A stretch of 64,000 nucleotides of DNA from Octopus bimaculoides (lineage: Eukaryota). The position numbers and the translations under genes are program-made. Each line of letters starts with the position of its first letter. The first letter of the stretch is position 1. Below, piece after piece: positions 24,871 through 36,529 of the stretch. The notes beneath the pieces are model-generated. The model made no database searches. It was not told the origin of the DNA and saw nothing but the letters and a program-made list of their open reading frames with translations. The stretch lies in NCBI RefSeq assembly GCF_001194135.2, contig NC_068986.1, positions 109,664,874 through 109,728,873 on the forward strand, in the 5' to 3' direction.

Positions 24871-25429
24871 AATAATTTACCACCAGGCCAGAAATTTTGA
24901 GGGGAGGTGGTAATAATAATAATAATAAGAACCCATACAAAAATAGGTGCAGTATCAGCAGTCTCGCTAGTTCCAAGCCCTGTTCTGAGATGTTATGCCA
25001 CCAACAATAAAAGTACAGGGTCTCACCTGTACCAGCTTAGTCAGAACTACTTTAGTAATTCTGCAAACATACAGAAATAGAGTGGACACCAGAGACAACA
25101 CAATGTGCCCAGGGAGCACAATCCCATTCTTAACATAAGGTGCTCAGCTAGGCAGAGACGTGCTACATCTCATGCCAATATTTGTGGGTTACGTATTAAT
25201 CATTCAGGTAACTACATTCAGGTAACTACATATGTAAACCATATGTTAGATTTTGATGTTGTTATTAGGTCTGACATTTCTCACTACTCAAAATACTTTG
25301 GAGAAGTTGTTGTTGTTAATGATTAGCACTGAATCTGATCCTGCCGATCCATGATTAAAGACATTCCAACCATGACTATCCTGTTTTTTTTGGTGGGGTT
25401 TTGTTTTTATATATCAGGGACAATTTTGT

Positions 25430-25690
25430 CCCAACACAAATTGGCACCCGTGCCGATGGTATGTAAAAGCACCCTGGTGTCACGCAAATGGCACCGGTGG
25501 CACGTAAAAAGCACCCATTACACTCTCAGAGTGGTTGACGTTAGGAAGGGCATCCAGCTGTAGAAAACGATGCCAGATCAGACTGGAGTCTGGTGCAGCA
25601 TTCCAGTGTGCCAGCCCTGGTCAAACTGTCCAACCGATGCCAGTATGGACAACAGACGTTAAATGAGGATGAGGATGATGATAATGATGA
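25430..25690 (+). mobile_element. Family C repeat
   Basis: gcacccattacactctcagagtggttgacgttaggaagggcatccagctgtagaaa...gttaaatgaggatg. Further copies at 26790-26962 (-), 42345-42640 (+), 57950-58290 (+) and 58455-58650 (+). Confidence 0.85.
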
Positions 25691-26289
25691 TGTATCCTGT
25701 GTGACATGATGGAAACTTGACTGCCATTTCTAACAGGATGACCAACCACTTCAAGACCCCATTCTAAGTTTTGCTTACAGCTGTATTCAAAAAGAATAAC
25801 TCTCTCTGTTTTACTCTCTCTCCCTCACACACAGACACACACATATAGTACAATCTCATTATATTCTAATGGTCAGAAACTGAAGGAATGGTTGCACCAC
25901 TAGGAAGCAATTTACTTAATTTCTACAATGAGGAAGTTCTCCGTTTTGGTGAATGGCAGTAAAAGTGACCCAAAACAATGAGTGAATTGGCCAGGTGTTT
26001 TGTTACACAGAAAAGAGAGAGTGTAACTTAAGTGGAAGAAGGTTTAGTGTGTAACGTAAGACAAAGAAGAGGGAAGTGTAACACGTATCTGTGGCTTCTA
26101 CTTTGTGTAGTCCTGGTTTATATTTAGGAACAACAAACAACAAAAGCAAACAAAAAGGAGATCAGTGGTCTAGTATCACACACACACAGATGCATGCACA
26201 CAGATATATGCATGCGTGCATGCACACACCTACGTAATGATACAAACATACAAAACTCCTGCAAATACAAACATAGACAAAGGATTTTC

Positions 26290-26510
26290 AATGTGGTCGC
26301 TGCTTGACCTGCTAAAAAAAATAACAGCCAAAAACTCCCTCAAGCTACATCCTGCCATCTAGAAAAGGATACAACATTGGACAATGTTGTCTGGCAAGTT
26401 TGGGTGGGTGGGGGTATACTGAATTTGAAAACAAGATAGGGTGGTCATGACCAAGAGCTCTTTAATCATAGGTCTGTTCCATCAGAAGAGACCGGGGTTA
26501 AATAACAACA
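26290..26510 (+). mobile_element. Family D interspersed repeat (old, diverged)
   Basis: ctagaaatagcagccaaatctccc...gggtggtcatg...tgatcatagg motifs recur at ~19700-19870, 31620-31820, 44190-44380, 44900-45090, 46740-46890, 47330-47550, 53640-54050 and 55470-55690. Confidence 0.65.
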
Positions 26511-27438
26511 CACATACACACACAAATGGAAACTCAAACATACTCAAGCACAAAGCAAACACACACACTTGCACACATACACACAAGAAATAACAGCACA
26601 TGCCAGCACACAAAATGACCTTTCCACCTCATAAAACATGCCCACCCCCACCACCACCACCAAAAAAATATGGTGTTGTCTTATATTCCAGGTACAAAAT
26701 GTAAACCTTAAGTGCTGTAGTGTTGGGTAAGTTGTTAATATGGATGGTGACTGTGAAGACAAAAATCTGAAGCTTCTGTATTTTACTTCATCATCATCAT
26801 CATCATCTGAGGACTGGTGGACCAGATGGCTACACCAGGCTCCAATCTGATTTGGCAAGGTTTCTACAGCTGGATGCCTTTCCTAACGCCAACCACTTCA
26901 AGACTGTAGTGGGTGCTTTTACGTGTCACCAGCACGAAGGCCAGTCAGGCAGTACTGGCAACATACTTGAATATTGAGAAGTAGGATCTAACTGTGCTGG
27001 AGCCATGAGAAAAGAAAAAAGAAAATATCCATTACAAACTGTAAAGTGGTTGGCTGCTGGAAGAGTGTCCAGCTGTAGAAACCAGGATTGGAGCTTGACA
27101 TAGTCCTGTCCTGTGGTTTGTCAGATGTTGTCAAACTGTCCAACTAATGCGAGCATGGAAGACGGATTTTAAATGATTGTGGGTGAGGTCTTTCGAAGTC
27201 ACCTTGATTCTTTTTCCAGCAGACACTGGATCAGCAAAGTTGAAACTGGACGTTGGCCACATCAAGAGCACAATGAGTGTAAAAAGGCCTGCTGAAGACG
27301 ATTGTGCTGCTCCTCTTCCACTGATTAACTTGAGGGGGTGGGGTGACTATTAAAAGAGGCTGCACCGTGTTCTACAGTCCCTTACTTATTTCAAGGAATC
27401 CTTTTTTAGTTGAATTGTTTCAGCCCCTCTAACCAGCA

Positions 27439-27471
<33 letters not shown>

Positions 27472-28559
27472 CCACATCTGTGCATGCATGTTAGTATGTG
27501 TTTATGTATTTGTGTGCGTGTGCATGCATGCGTGTGTGCATGTATATGTGTGTGTGTGTGTGTCTGCTGAAGTCTCTTGGCAACTCTCTAAAAGAAAATG
27601 ATTTTTTCAGAATGGAAACTCTTGTGTCTGTCAAACTTTTGACAAAATCCAGAGCATTTCAGCTTATTTATTCATTTATTTATTTATTTAACTCTTTATT
27701 TATGAAGTTATTTAGGGACGTAGCGGTGGGGTGGGGTGGGGGTGTATTTACTATTTATATATGGGTGAGGCCTTCTTATCTTGTTCCTGCAGAGGACAGA
27801 AAAATCTGATCAAATTTCAGAAAATAGAAAATTCATTTAAAAACATTATTCCATGTGCTGTGTTGGAAGATACCATTATAGAGTTGAAGTAAGAATGAAC
27901 CTTTCCATATTCTAAACTACTTTTTCATCCGTGAATTACACCAAAGAAAGTAAAGAAACAGACGACCTGCTCGATTCATTTCAGGTCAACACTCTTTTAT
28001 TTCCATAGAACAATAAGGTCTGTATGGAGCAGGCCAAGGGGTTTCTCTTTCCAGACCCAAATGTCATCTGGAAAAGATTTGCTTCAAACACCGGCAACAA
28101 GTAGTGGGGTGGATCAGGGGTCACACAAATAAACTTCTGGGTCTGTTGAACAAATTATAGCCGTGTGTGTGTGTGTGTGTGTGCATGTGTGAGTGTGTAT
28201 AAACATGTTACATACATAGATACATGTATGCACGTATATGAATACGCATGCACACATGCATACACGCACGCATATACACAAATATATATCCAGCTTAATG
28301 GTTGTGGCCATGCTGGGGCACACTACTGTTACTGCAGTCCTCTTCTTGTATTTGGGTTTCCATAAATGAAGAACTTTTATTCTGCTGCCATTGGATGCAT
28401 TTCTTACCATTACATAAGTTCATCTGTGATTATTTCAGCCAGTAGAATATATATACTGGTATATTTGGTGGGGTCATTTTGACAACAAACACACACACTG
28501 TTTATTTGATCTTCACTTTAGCTTTATCATTATTTTTAGTTCATTTGCCAAACAGCTAA

Positions 28560-29012
28560 GTAACGAGGAAGAACACAAACCAACACCAGTTGTCAGATGA
28601 TGATGGGACACACACACACACACACACACACATATGCACACAAACAACAAGCTTCTTTCAGTTTCCATCTACAAAATCCACTCACATGACTTTAGTTGGC
28701 CTAGGGCTGTAGTAAATAACACTTGCCCAAGGTGCCATGCAGTGGGATTGAACCCAGAATCATATGGTTGGGAAGCAAACTTACTATCATAGCTATTCCT
28801 TCACCTGTAGCAACACCGACGTGCACACACACACAAATATGTGTAGAAGGTGCAGGTGTGGCTGTGTGGTAAGAAGCTTACTTCCCAACCACATGGTTCC
28901 AGGTTCAGTTCCACAGCGTGACACCTCAAGCAAGTGTCTCCTACTATAGCCTTGGGCCAACCAATGCCTTGTTAGTGGATTTGGTAGACAGAAACTGAAA
29001 GAAGCCCACCAT
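28560..29012. mobile_element. Two family A SINEs head-to-head
   Basis: Minus copy to ~28806, plus copy from ~28849. Confidence 0.85.
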
Positions 29013-29887
29013 GTATATACTGGGTGTTCAAAAAGTCTCTCCACAGTATTTTATTGGGTTGCTTTTGTTTTTTGTCTTTTTCGCACATATTCAAACAAGG
29101 TCTCTGGTCTGAGAATAACTCACAAGTAATAATTTCTTCCTCCCTTTTATCCACCCATAATGGAAACCCTACAAAAAAAATGGCCACCAGCATTTCTCTT
29201 CCTCCTTTGGCTAAGCCATTAAAAAATTAAAAACTCGAATAGGAAACCAAAATTATCAGTATGGCTAGCAGACAGGTAAATGAAGTCAAGTGGATATTAA
29301 AAGATTGCAGTTGTCAAACTTTTGTTTTACTTCTGATATTAAATGTCTAAAGGTCAAGGAATTGTTTAATTGTTTGGTTTGTTTTTATTTGCTCAAAGAA
29401 AAAATAGTCTCTTCTCAAAGATTCTTTGCAGCTGTAAGCAAACAAGGAAACAATAAATTATCCATGACCCAAATTAGCTCTTACTAATTTGTAATAAATT
29501 TTGATTCACTTCTGGAGTTGGATTATTTCTTATCTGATATTGTTTATGCGATTATGGTAGGCCAAAGGTGTTACAAAGAAAGATCTGTGACAGCATGATT
29601 CTAAAGTGACTTTCTTAAACACAGTCATGTCTTACCCATTTATTAGTTTCATTCTTTTGATTCCAATCCACCTGAAACAAACTCTGATTCTATGACCGAA
29701 AATTATGGTTTTAAAGCCATCAAAATCTCACGCTAATTTGTTCCAAACACTGGTTTAAGGTATTTTACTAAATTTTTCCTTCATCATCGATTAACGTCCG
29801 TTTTCCATGCTGGCATGGGTTGGACAATTTTCCTTATTTTGAAAAATATGATTAAAACAAAAGTAATGTATTTCAACAGATATATCC

Positions 29888-30502
29888 CTTTTACTCTTTT
29901 ACTTGTTTCAGTCATTTGACTGCGGCCATGCTGGAGCACCGCCTTTAGTCAAGCAAATAGACCCCAGGACTTATTTTTTGTAAGCCTAGTACTTATTCTA
30001 TCGGTATCTTTTGCCGAACCGCCAAGTTACAGATACGTAAACACACCAGCATCGGTTGTCAAGCGATGTTGTGGGGACAAACACAGACACACATATCATC
30101 ATCATCATCGTTTAACGTCCGCTTTCCATGCTAGCATGGGTTGGACGATTTGACTAAGGACTGGTGAAACCGGATGGCAACACCAGGCTCCAATCTAATC
30201 TGGCAGAGTTTCTACAGCTGGATGCCCTTCCTAACGCCAACCACTCAGAGAGTGTAGTGGGTGCTTTTACGTGTCACCCACACGAAGGCCAGTCAGGTGG
30301 TACTGGCAACGGCCATATATATACATATATATATACATATACATATATACGATGGGCTTCTTTCAGTTTCCGTCTACCAAATCCACTCACAAGGCTTTGG
30401 TCAGCCCAAGGCTAGAGTAGAAGACACTTGCCCAAGGTGCTATGTAATGGGACTGAACCCAGAACCATGTGGTTGGTAAGCAAGCTACTTACCACACAGC
30501 CG
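29888..30502 (-). mobile_element. Family A SINE with a family C element (30087-30312) nested in its microsatellite
   Basis: Family A tail 29888-30086, family C 30087-30312, family A head 30345-30502. Confidence 0.85.
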
Positions 30503-30844
30503 GTAACAAAAAGGTTAAAAGATGTATGAAATTCTGTTATTTGGAGAAAATTGAAAGCAAAAATCACAGAAAATAAGGAATAAAAATTTCTAAATTTATT
30601 AGATAAAAATTTTTGAGGAATAAAAACATCTGACCCAGTTACTCCATGAAAAAGACAGGAGACAGAATTCCTTTACCAGAAAAAAAGTGAAATACTAAAT
30701 AAATGAAGAAAAAATGAAGACAAACACAAAAATATTGTGTTAGAAGAATAGTTAATTAAATATATTCCAATGTCACCCCTGAAATATTTCATTTTAATAA
30801 TGGTAATATTATAGAGTTCTATATTTAAGAGATGAGGAATTATG

Positions 30845-31070
30845 TACATTATTTACATTTGACAATATTTGTCCTCCTCTTGTTTGTTGTTAACACAACG
30901 TTTTGGCTGATATACCCTCCAGCCTTCATCAGGTGTCTTCAGGAAATTTTGAACCTGCGTTCTCATTCCTTAGGTATTTTTCGATATTATTATTATTATT
31001 ATTCAGGTTACTGCTTGGAATCGAACTCGGAATCTTGGGGTTAGTAGCCCGTACTCTTAACCACTACACC
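30845..31070 (-). mobile_element. tRNA-headed SINE (family F) carrying a hammerhead motif
   Basis: A box tagtggttaag, B box gttcgattcc, (AAT)n linker, then a hammerhead-like motif at 30892-30937. Confidence 0.8.
30892..30937 (-). ncRNA. Minimal type I hammerhead-like motif (G12A in this copy)
   Basis: GACAC CUGAUGA A GGCUG GAGGGUAUAU CAGCC AAAA CG UU|GUGUU. 5-bp helix I, 5-bp helix II, palindromic ACGU helix III. Confidence 0.7.
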
Positions 31071-31073
31071 ATG

Positions 31074-31300
31074 GGTATGTGGTGTAGTGGTTAAGAGCGC
31101 AGGCTACTAACCCCAAGATTCCAAGTTCGATTCCAAGCAGTAACCTGAATAATAATAATAATAGTAACAACAACAACATCAAAAAATACCTTAGGAATGA
31201 GAATCCAGGTTTGAAATTTCCCCAAGACACCTGATGAAGGCTGGAGGGTAGTTGTGTTGACAACAAACAAGATCAAATATAATTATGTAAATAATAATGT
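31074..31300 (+). mobile_element. Second family F SINE, head-to-head with the first; hammerhead has an internal deletion
   Basis: GACAC CUGAUGA A GGCUG GAGGGUA then directly GUUGUGUU; ~13 nt covering the helix II 3' strand and GAAA are missing. Confidence 0.8.
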
Positions 31301-32365
31301 AACATCAAATATAATAATGTAAATGATGGTAATATTATATTCTTTGTTTGGCTAAGGATAAAATATTATATTCTTTGTGTGGCTAAGGATAAAAATTCTT
31401 GATTTAGGAAACATACATTGATGAACTATAAGCATTGAGAGTCTTTAAGGACCAAAAGGGGTAATATGGCTGTGTGTGTGTTGGGAGGAAGGGATGGAAG
31501 TTTGAGGATTTAAGAAAATGTTTTGCCTTTTTAAGGGAGAAGTCGAAATGGTTATTCTTTGGTTGAAGAAACATTAATTCCAGAATCAAAAGAATTCCAG
31601 GCATGAACATCCTACTTTTTCAGCCATGATGACATGGCCTATTTTAAGACAACAGGATGCAATGCAAGAGAGATTTGACTACTATTTCCAGCAGATCAAG
31701 AAACAATCTATAAGCTTCCTGGTTAGCTCATGAAAAAATCACTGGATGGTTATTGATAAATCGTCTTTGATCATAAGTCTGTCCAGCCAGGGCTGACTTT
31801 AGGCTAAACAACAACACCAAAAGTAGTAACAAGACGAAAAAGGGACCATTATACAAATCATTCAGAAATAGCAGTTAAACCATCCTCAAATGACACATTA
31901 AACCATATAGTTCTAAATATGACCACATACCTACTGGATCAGGACTGACCTAGGGGTAAAAAAAAAACAACCACAACCACAACTTTTACTACTACAGTAA
32001 CCACGTAGTACATCAGAGTTAATACTTTATCCAACGCAACTGAACTAAACTAAGATCTGACTTGCAATCAACCATAATTAATTGATAATAGCAATAATTA
32101 TTTCTAATGACTATAGCTAATTAGTACAAGATATTTTAAAGTCCAGCTAATAATAAACAAGTGCAAGCACAATGGTTATTAACTTCTCTTTTTCTCTCTT
32201 TTCTTTCATGTTTTCTCTTCTTCTTTCTTTGTTGTTCAGTCGGTTAGATTAAACCTTTAATCTTTATCAGGTTATTAAGGGCATCAGCAATGAACTTCTT
32301 ATACAGTCAACTCCTCCAGAGCCTATACACTTCATTGGTATACAGCATGACTATATATATATGTG

Positions 32366-32449
<84 letters not shown>

Positions 32450-32554
32450 AGTAAAAATAAATACAAAAATGCAGGAATATAAATAAAACATAAAAAACAG
32501 TGTTGGAACTCTTTTAAACAAAATAATATATATATATATATGTGTGTGTAGGTG

Positions 32555-32598
<44 letters not shown>

Positions 32599-34050
32599 AA
32601 CACACATGCACACACACACACAAACACATACACACACACAAACATGCACATGCACACACAAACACATGCACGCATACACACACACATGTAGGATTTGTAT
32701 GGAGTTACTTTCTCTTAGATGAACAGGTTTTTGTCTACCCTGGGTCCATTAGGATGTTCTCCCAGAGAATTCTATGGCATGTTCATTAATCCATTACAAT
32801 GACCCTGACAAGAGTAGATAGAATTTGTTAAGGCAGAATACCTACAGCTGGATGCTCTTTCTGCTGCCAACCTCCACCAGCTTCCAAACACATGGCCAGA
32901 CATGTTTTTATGGATGATTGGAAATGAACAACACTTCTTGTTTACAACTATTGCATGATGTCAATACTAAGACACAAAAATATACGCACTCATGAAGGAA
33001 GAAAGAAAAAGAAGGAAAGAAAGAGAAAGAAAAACGGGACAACTTTCAATTTCTGTCTATCAAATCTACTCAGAGAACTTTGCTTTGTCTATAAGAGAAG
33101 ACGCATGCCCAAGGGGCCACATTGTGAAACTGAACCTGAAACCCTGGAGTTGCAGAGCAAACGTATCAGCACAACCACAGCTACAATTAAAAAACAAAAC
33201 AAAAGGAAGAGATATTATGTAATGTAGTCCCAGATACATTACGTCCATAAAAAAATAAGGAGACAACATGATTATGGCTGGCACACCTTTTCTCAACAAC
33301 AACAAGAGCAACAACATAAAAACAACTAAAAAAAACTCCAGTTAATATGTTTGAAGTTAGCAAAGGAAATGAAGGTTTCTGTTGCATTAAGTAATCGGTC
33401 CTGTTGAATAATAAACATTGACCAGACTTTATGGCAACCAACCCCATCAAGAGACAATAACAGTCAAACTAATTTTAGTTTTATTACTTATAAATTTCCA
33501 GCAGAATTACAATAAAAATGTAAATAATTCTACGAAAAAGAATTGAGAACCAAGTTTATTCCTTGTTTGTTTGTTCCTGTTTTATTGTCTGGCAAATGGT
33601 TGAATCTCTTTCTCTCTATGTTATATCCTCCACACATAACATAACCAACCTGCTGTCCATATGACAAACCTGTCCAACTGTCAGTCTTTAATGTACAACA
33701 ATTGAACTATCAATCTCAGGTTTCTAATGCTGCGTATTGCTTTCTCTGTTTAGACCTCGCTGTGTAACTGTTACTTATTTTGCCCTCTCTCTCTCCACAC
33801 ACTCCCACCTCTATAAATATACATACATATGTGTGTTTATAAGTATGTTTATGTAAATATACATGTACATACACGAAGGGGTAGGTTACACAGTGATGAA
33901 GGAAACTGAGCCAAACCTTTGAAGTTACTGTCAACATTTTCCTTGTAAAAATAAGCGTGATAAGCTTAAATGTTTTCAGTAATCTTTCAATTACAGTTTC
34001 ACTGATCTTATATTTAACTATGCATAAAAAAAAACATTAGTACACACACA

Positions 34051-34087
<37 letters not shown>

Positions 34088-34137
34088 GTACATACATAAT
34101 ACATACATACACATACACATACATACACACACACACA

Positions 34138-34362
34138 TATGAGAGGGGGGGTGTAAAGTTCCTGGCTTTGGGTAAAAGAAAATACAGGAGGATCAGTTAA
34201 TTATGATTTTATTCAACATATTCTTCCCCTCTCAGATTCACTCATTTATTGCAGCAGTCCTTCAGTTTTTCTAAGCCCTGTAAAAGAACTTAGAAGCTTC
34301 GGCCTACAACTGAAACTTTCACAATACCCTTAAAGCCAGGAACTTCTCAGCACCCCTTCATA
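34138..34362. mobile_element. Mariner-like MITE (TA TSD)
   Basis: TIRs TA-tgagagggggggtgtaaagttcctggcttt / aaagccaggaacttctcagcaccccttca-TA. Confidence 0.8.
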
Positions 34363-34868
34363 CATGTGTATGTGTGTGTGCATAGGTGTGTGTGTGTGTG
34401 CGTACGTATGTGTGTATATATATACACACATACATACGCACACACACACACACACACATATGCACACACGCACAAACACATGCATACATACATAAATACA
34501 TGCATGCACATGCACACACAAACACATGCACACACATGTAGGATTTGTATGGAGTTACTTTCTCTTAGATGAACAGGTTTTTGTCTACCCTGGGTCCATT
34601 AGGATGTTCTCCCAGAGAATTCTATGGCATGTTCATTAATCCATTACAATGACCCTGACAAGAGTAGATAGAATTTGTTAAGGCAGAATACCTACAGCTG
34701 GATGCTCTTTCTGTTGCAAACCTCCACCAGCTTCCAAACACATGGCCAGACATGTTTTTATGGATGATNNNNNNNNNNNNNNNNNNNNNNNNNNNNNNNN
34801 NNNNNNNNNNNNNNNNNNNNNNNNNNNNNNNNNNNNNNNNNNNNNNNNNNNNNNNNNNNNNNNNNNNN

Positions 34869-34899
<31 letters not shown>

Positions 34900-36007
34900 G
34901 TATGAGTCAACTGCTGGTATTTAAAGCCAGAGCATGCAATTTTTAAAACTAAGACACATAAGCTGATACTCTACATGTAATATGTATCTACCCTCTTTTC
35001 GAGCTGTCTGTGATAAAAATGAAAGACATTAACACTGGATTTGTTATTTACATTCATTCATGTATATTAGGCATGCATTGCATACTTTGCACTCATGCAT
35101 GAAATCCCTCTGATATATATTTGCACACAAATATATATATATTACACACACACACACTTGGTAAATTTGTGTCAAAACACAAATGAACCACATACTTCAA
35201 CTTTGAAGAAATGTCAGGTTTTGATAAAAAATATAATCACCACTTTGAGTTACACATTACCAATTACTCAAATGAATAAATAAAGGGAGTAGCATGACAA
35301 TATGTATGCAAAAATATTTGTAAAACCTTAGAAATATGACTAATTATTTTGGTTGCCAAAATACTGTTAGAAAGTGAATCACATTTTCATCTATTCAGTT
35401 ACCATACACAGAAGATATGATATATTTAATTATTCACATGCAAAAAGTATTTTCATGTCTTCAATAATCATATGTGTAAAACACACAAAAGCAAGAAAGG
35501 CGTTTATTTTTACTGAAGTTTTAGCCATAAAGGATAACTGAATGTTTTTCAATTCATTTGCAGAGAAATTAATATATATATTCTAGTCATCCCCTGGTAA
35601 CCCATAGAAATTTAACAAACAAAGTTTACTAGTAAATGCATATCTAGTTATACTTTTATTTAAAAAGCTTTGACTGTGTCATTTATTATTACAATGATGC
35701 AATAAAAAATAGTGGCTTCAAAAATGAAGTACATTACATACAGAATAACACTAACACTCAAAAAAAGTGCTAAAAATATGAAACAAAATATTCTATGTTA
35801 CAATTCTTTGTTCAGATTAAATGTTTGTTCAAATATTATCAGAATTTTCATAAGCCTCTTAAGCACTTCCATAGATATAATGTTTTTGATAGACATATCA
35901 TTAAGGTGAGCTATAGTTGTCTCAAAAACTTTGTTTTTATTAATGCCAGTAGAAAATTACTATTTTTAAATCTCACAACGAGAGATATTCAGCAATGGTA
36001 CTTTGTA

Positions 36008-36213
36008 GTAAAGATTGTTTGCCAACATAACATGGCAGTCCTAGTTTAGGATGAATGTTGCTGTAATTTTAGCCCCAGGAGACATTGTCTCCAGCTGGCT
36101 ATACGATATGATCTGTGTCCTTATGTTTTCGAACAAGGGAATCCTGGGGCTAAATTACAGCAACATTCGTCCTAAACCAGGATTACCATGTTGTGTTGGC
36201 AAACAATCTTTAC
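36008..36213. mobile_element. Fold-back MITE with ~72-bp TIRs, TA-flanked
   Basis: gtaaagattgtttgccaac...tagccccagg pairs with cctggggcta...gttggcaaacaatctttac; TA at 36006-36007 and 36214-36215. Confidence 0.85.
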
Positions 36214-36491
36214 TATAATGCCAGTAGGTACAACAATGTGAAATAGGGTAATGATCGAGAAGCATTTATTTCTAATAACATGCATATGCACACACATACA
36301 TCCATCCCTCCCTAATTCATTATCTTGATATAAAAGGGAAATTTAACCTGAGTGGATTTGATCCCAGACCAAGGAGAACTGGAACTAATCCTGCAAGATA
36401 TTTTATCCTGTTCTATTGACTCTACCAATTCACCCACACATAGACACACTTAAGTATGACATCTATAGTATATTAATATATATATATATAC

Positions 36492-36529
<38 letters not shown>

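Noticed and set aside
27205-27330. Minus-strand frame ...LFTLIVLLMWPTSSFNFADPVSAGKR resembling a neuropeptide precursor
   Set aside because: No initiating Met before the hydrophobic stretch, a single GKR, no family resemblance and weak splice sites.
31074-31150. tRNA gene, here and at other SINE heads
   Set aside because: A and B boxes are present but there is no closed acceptor stem; each continues into a SINE body.
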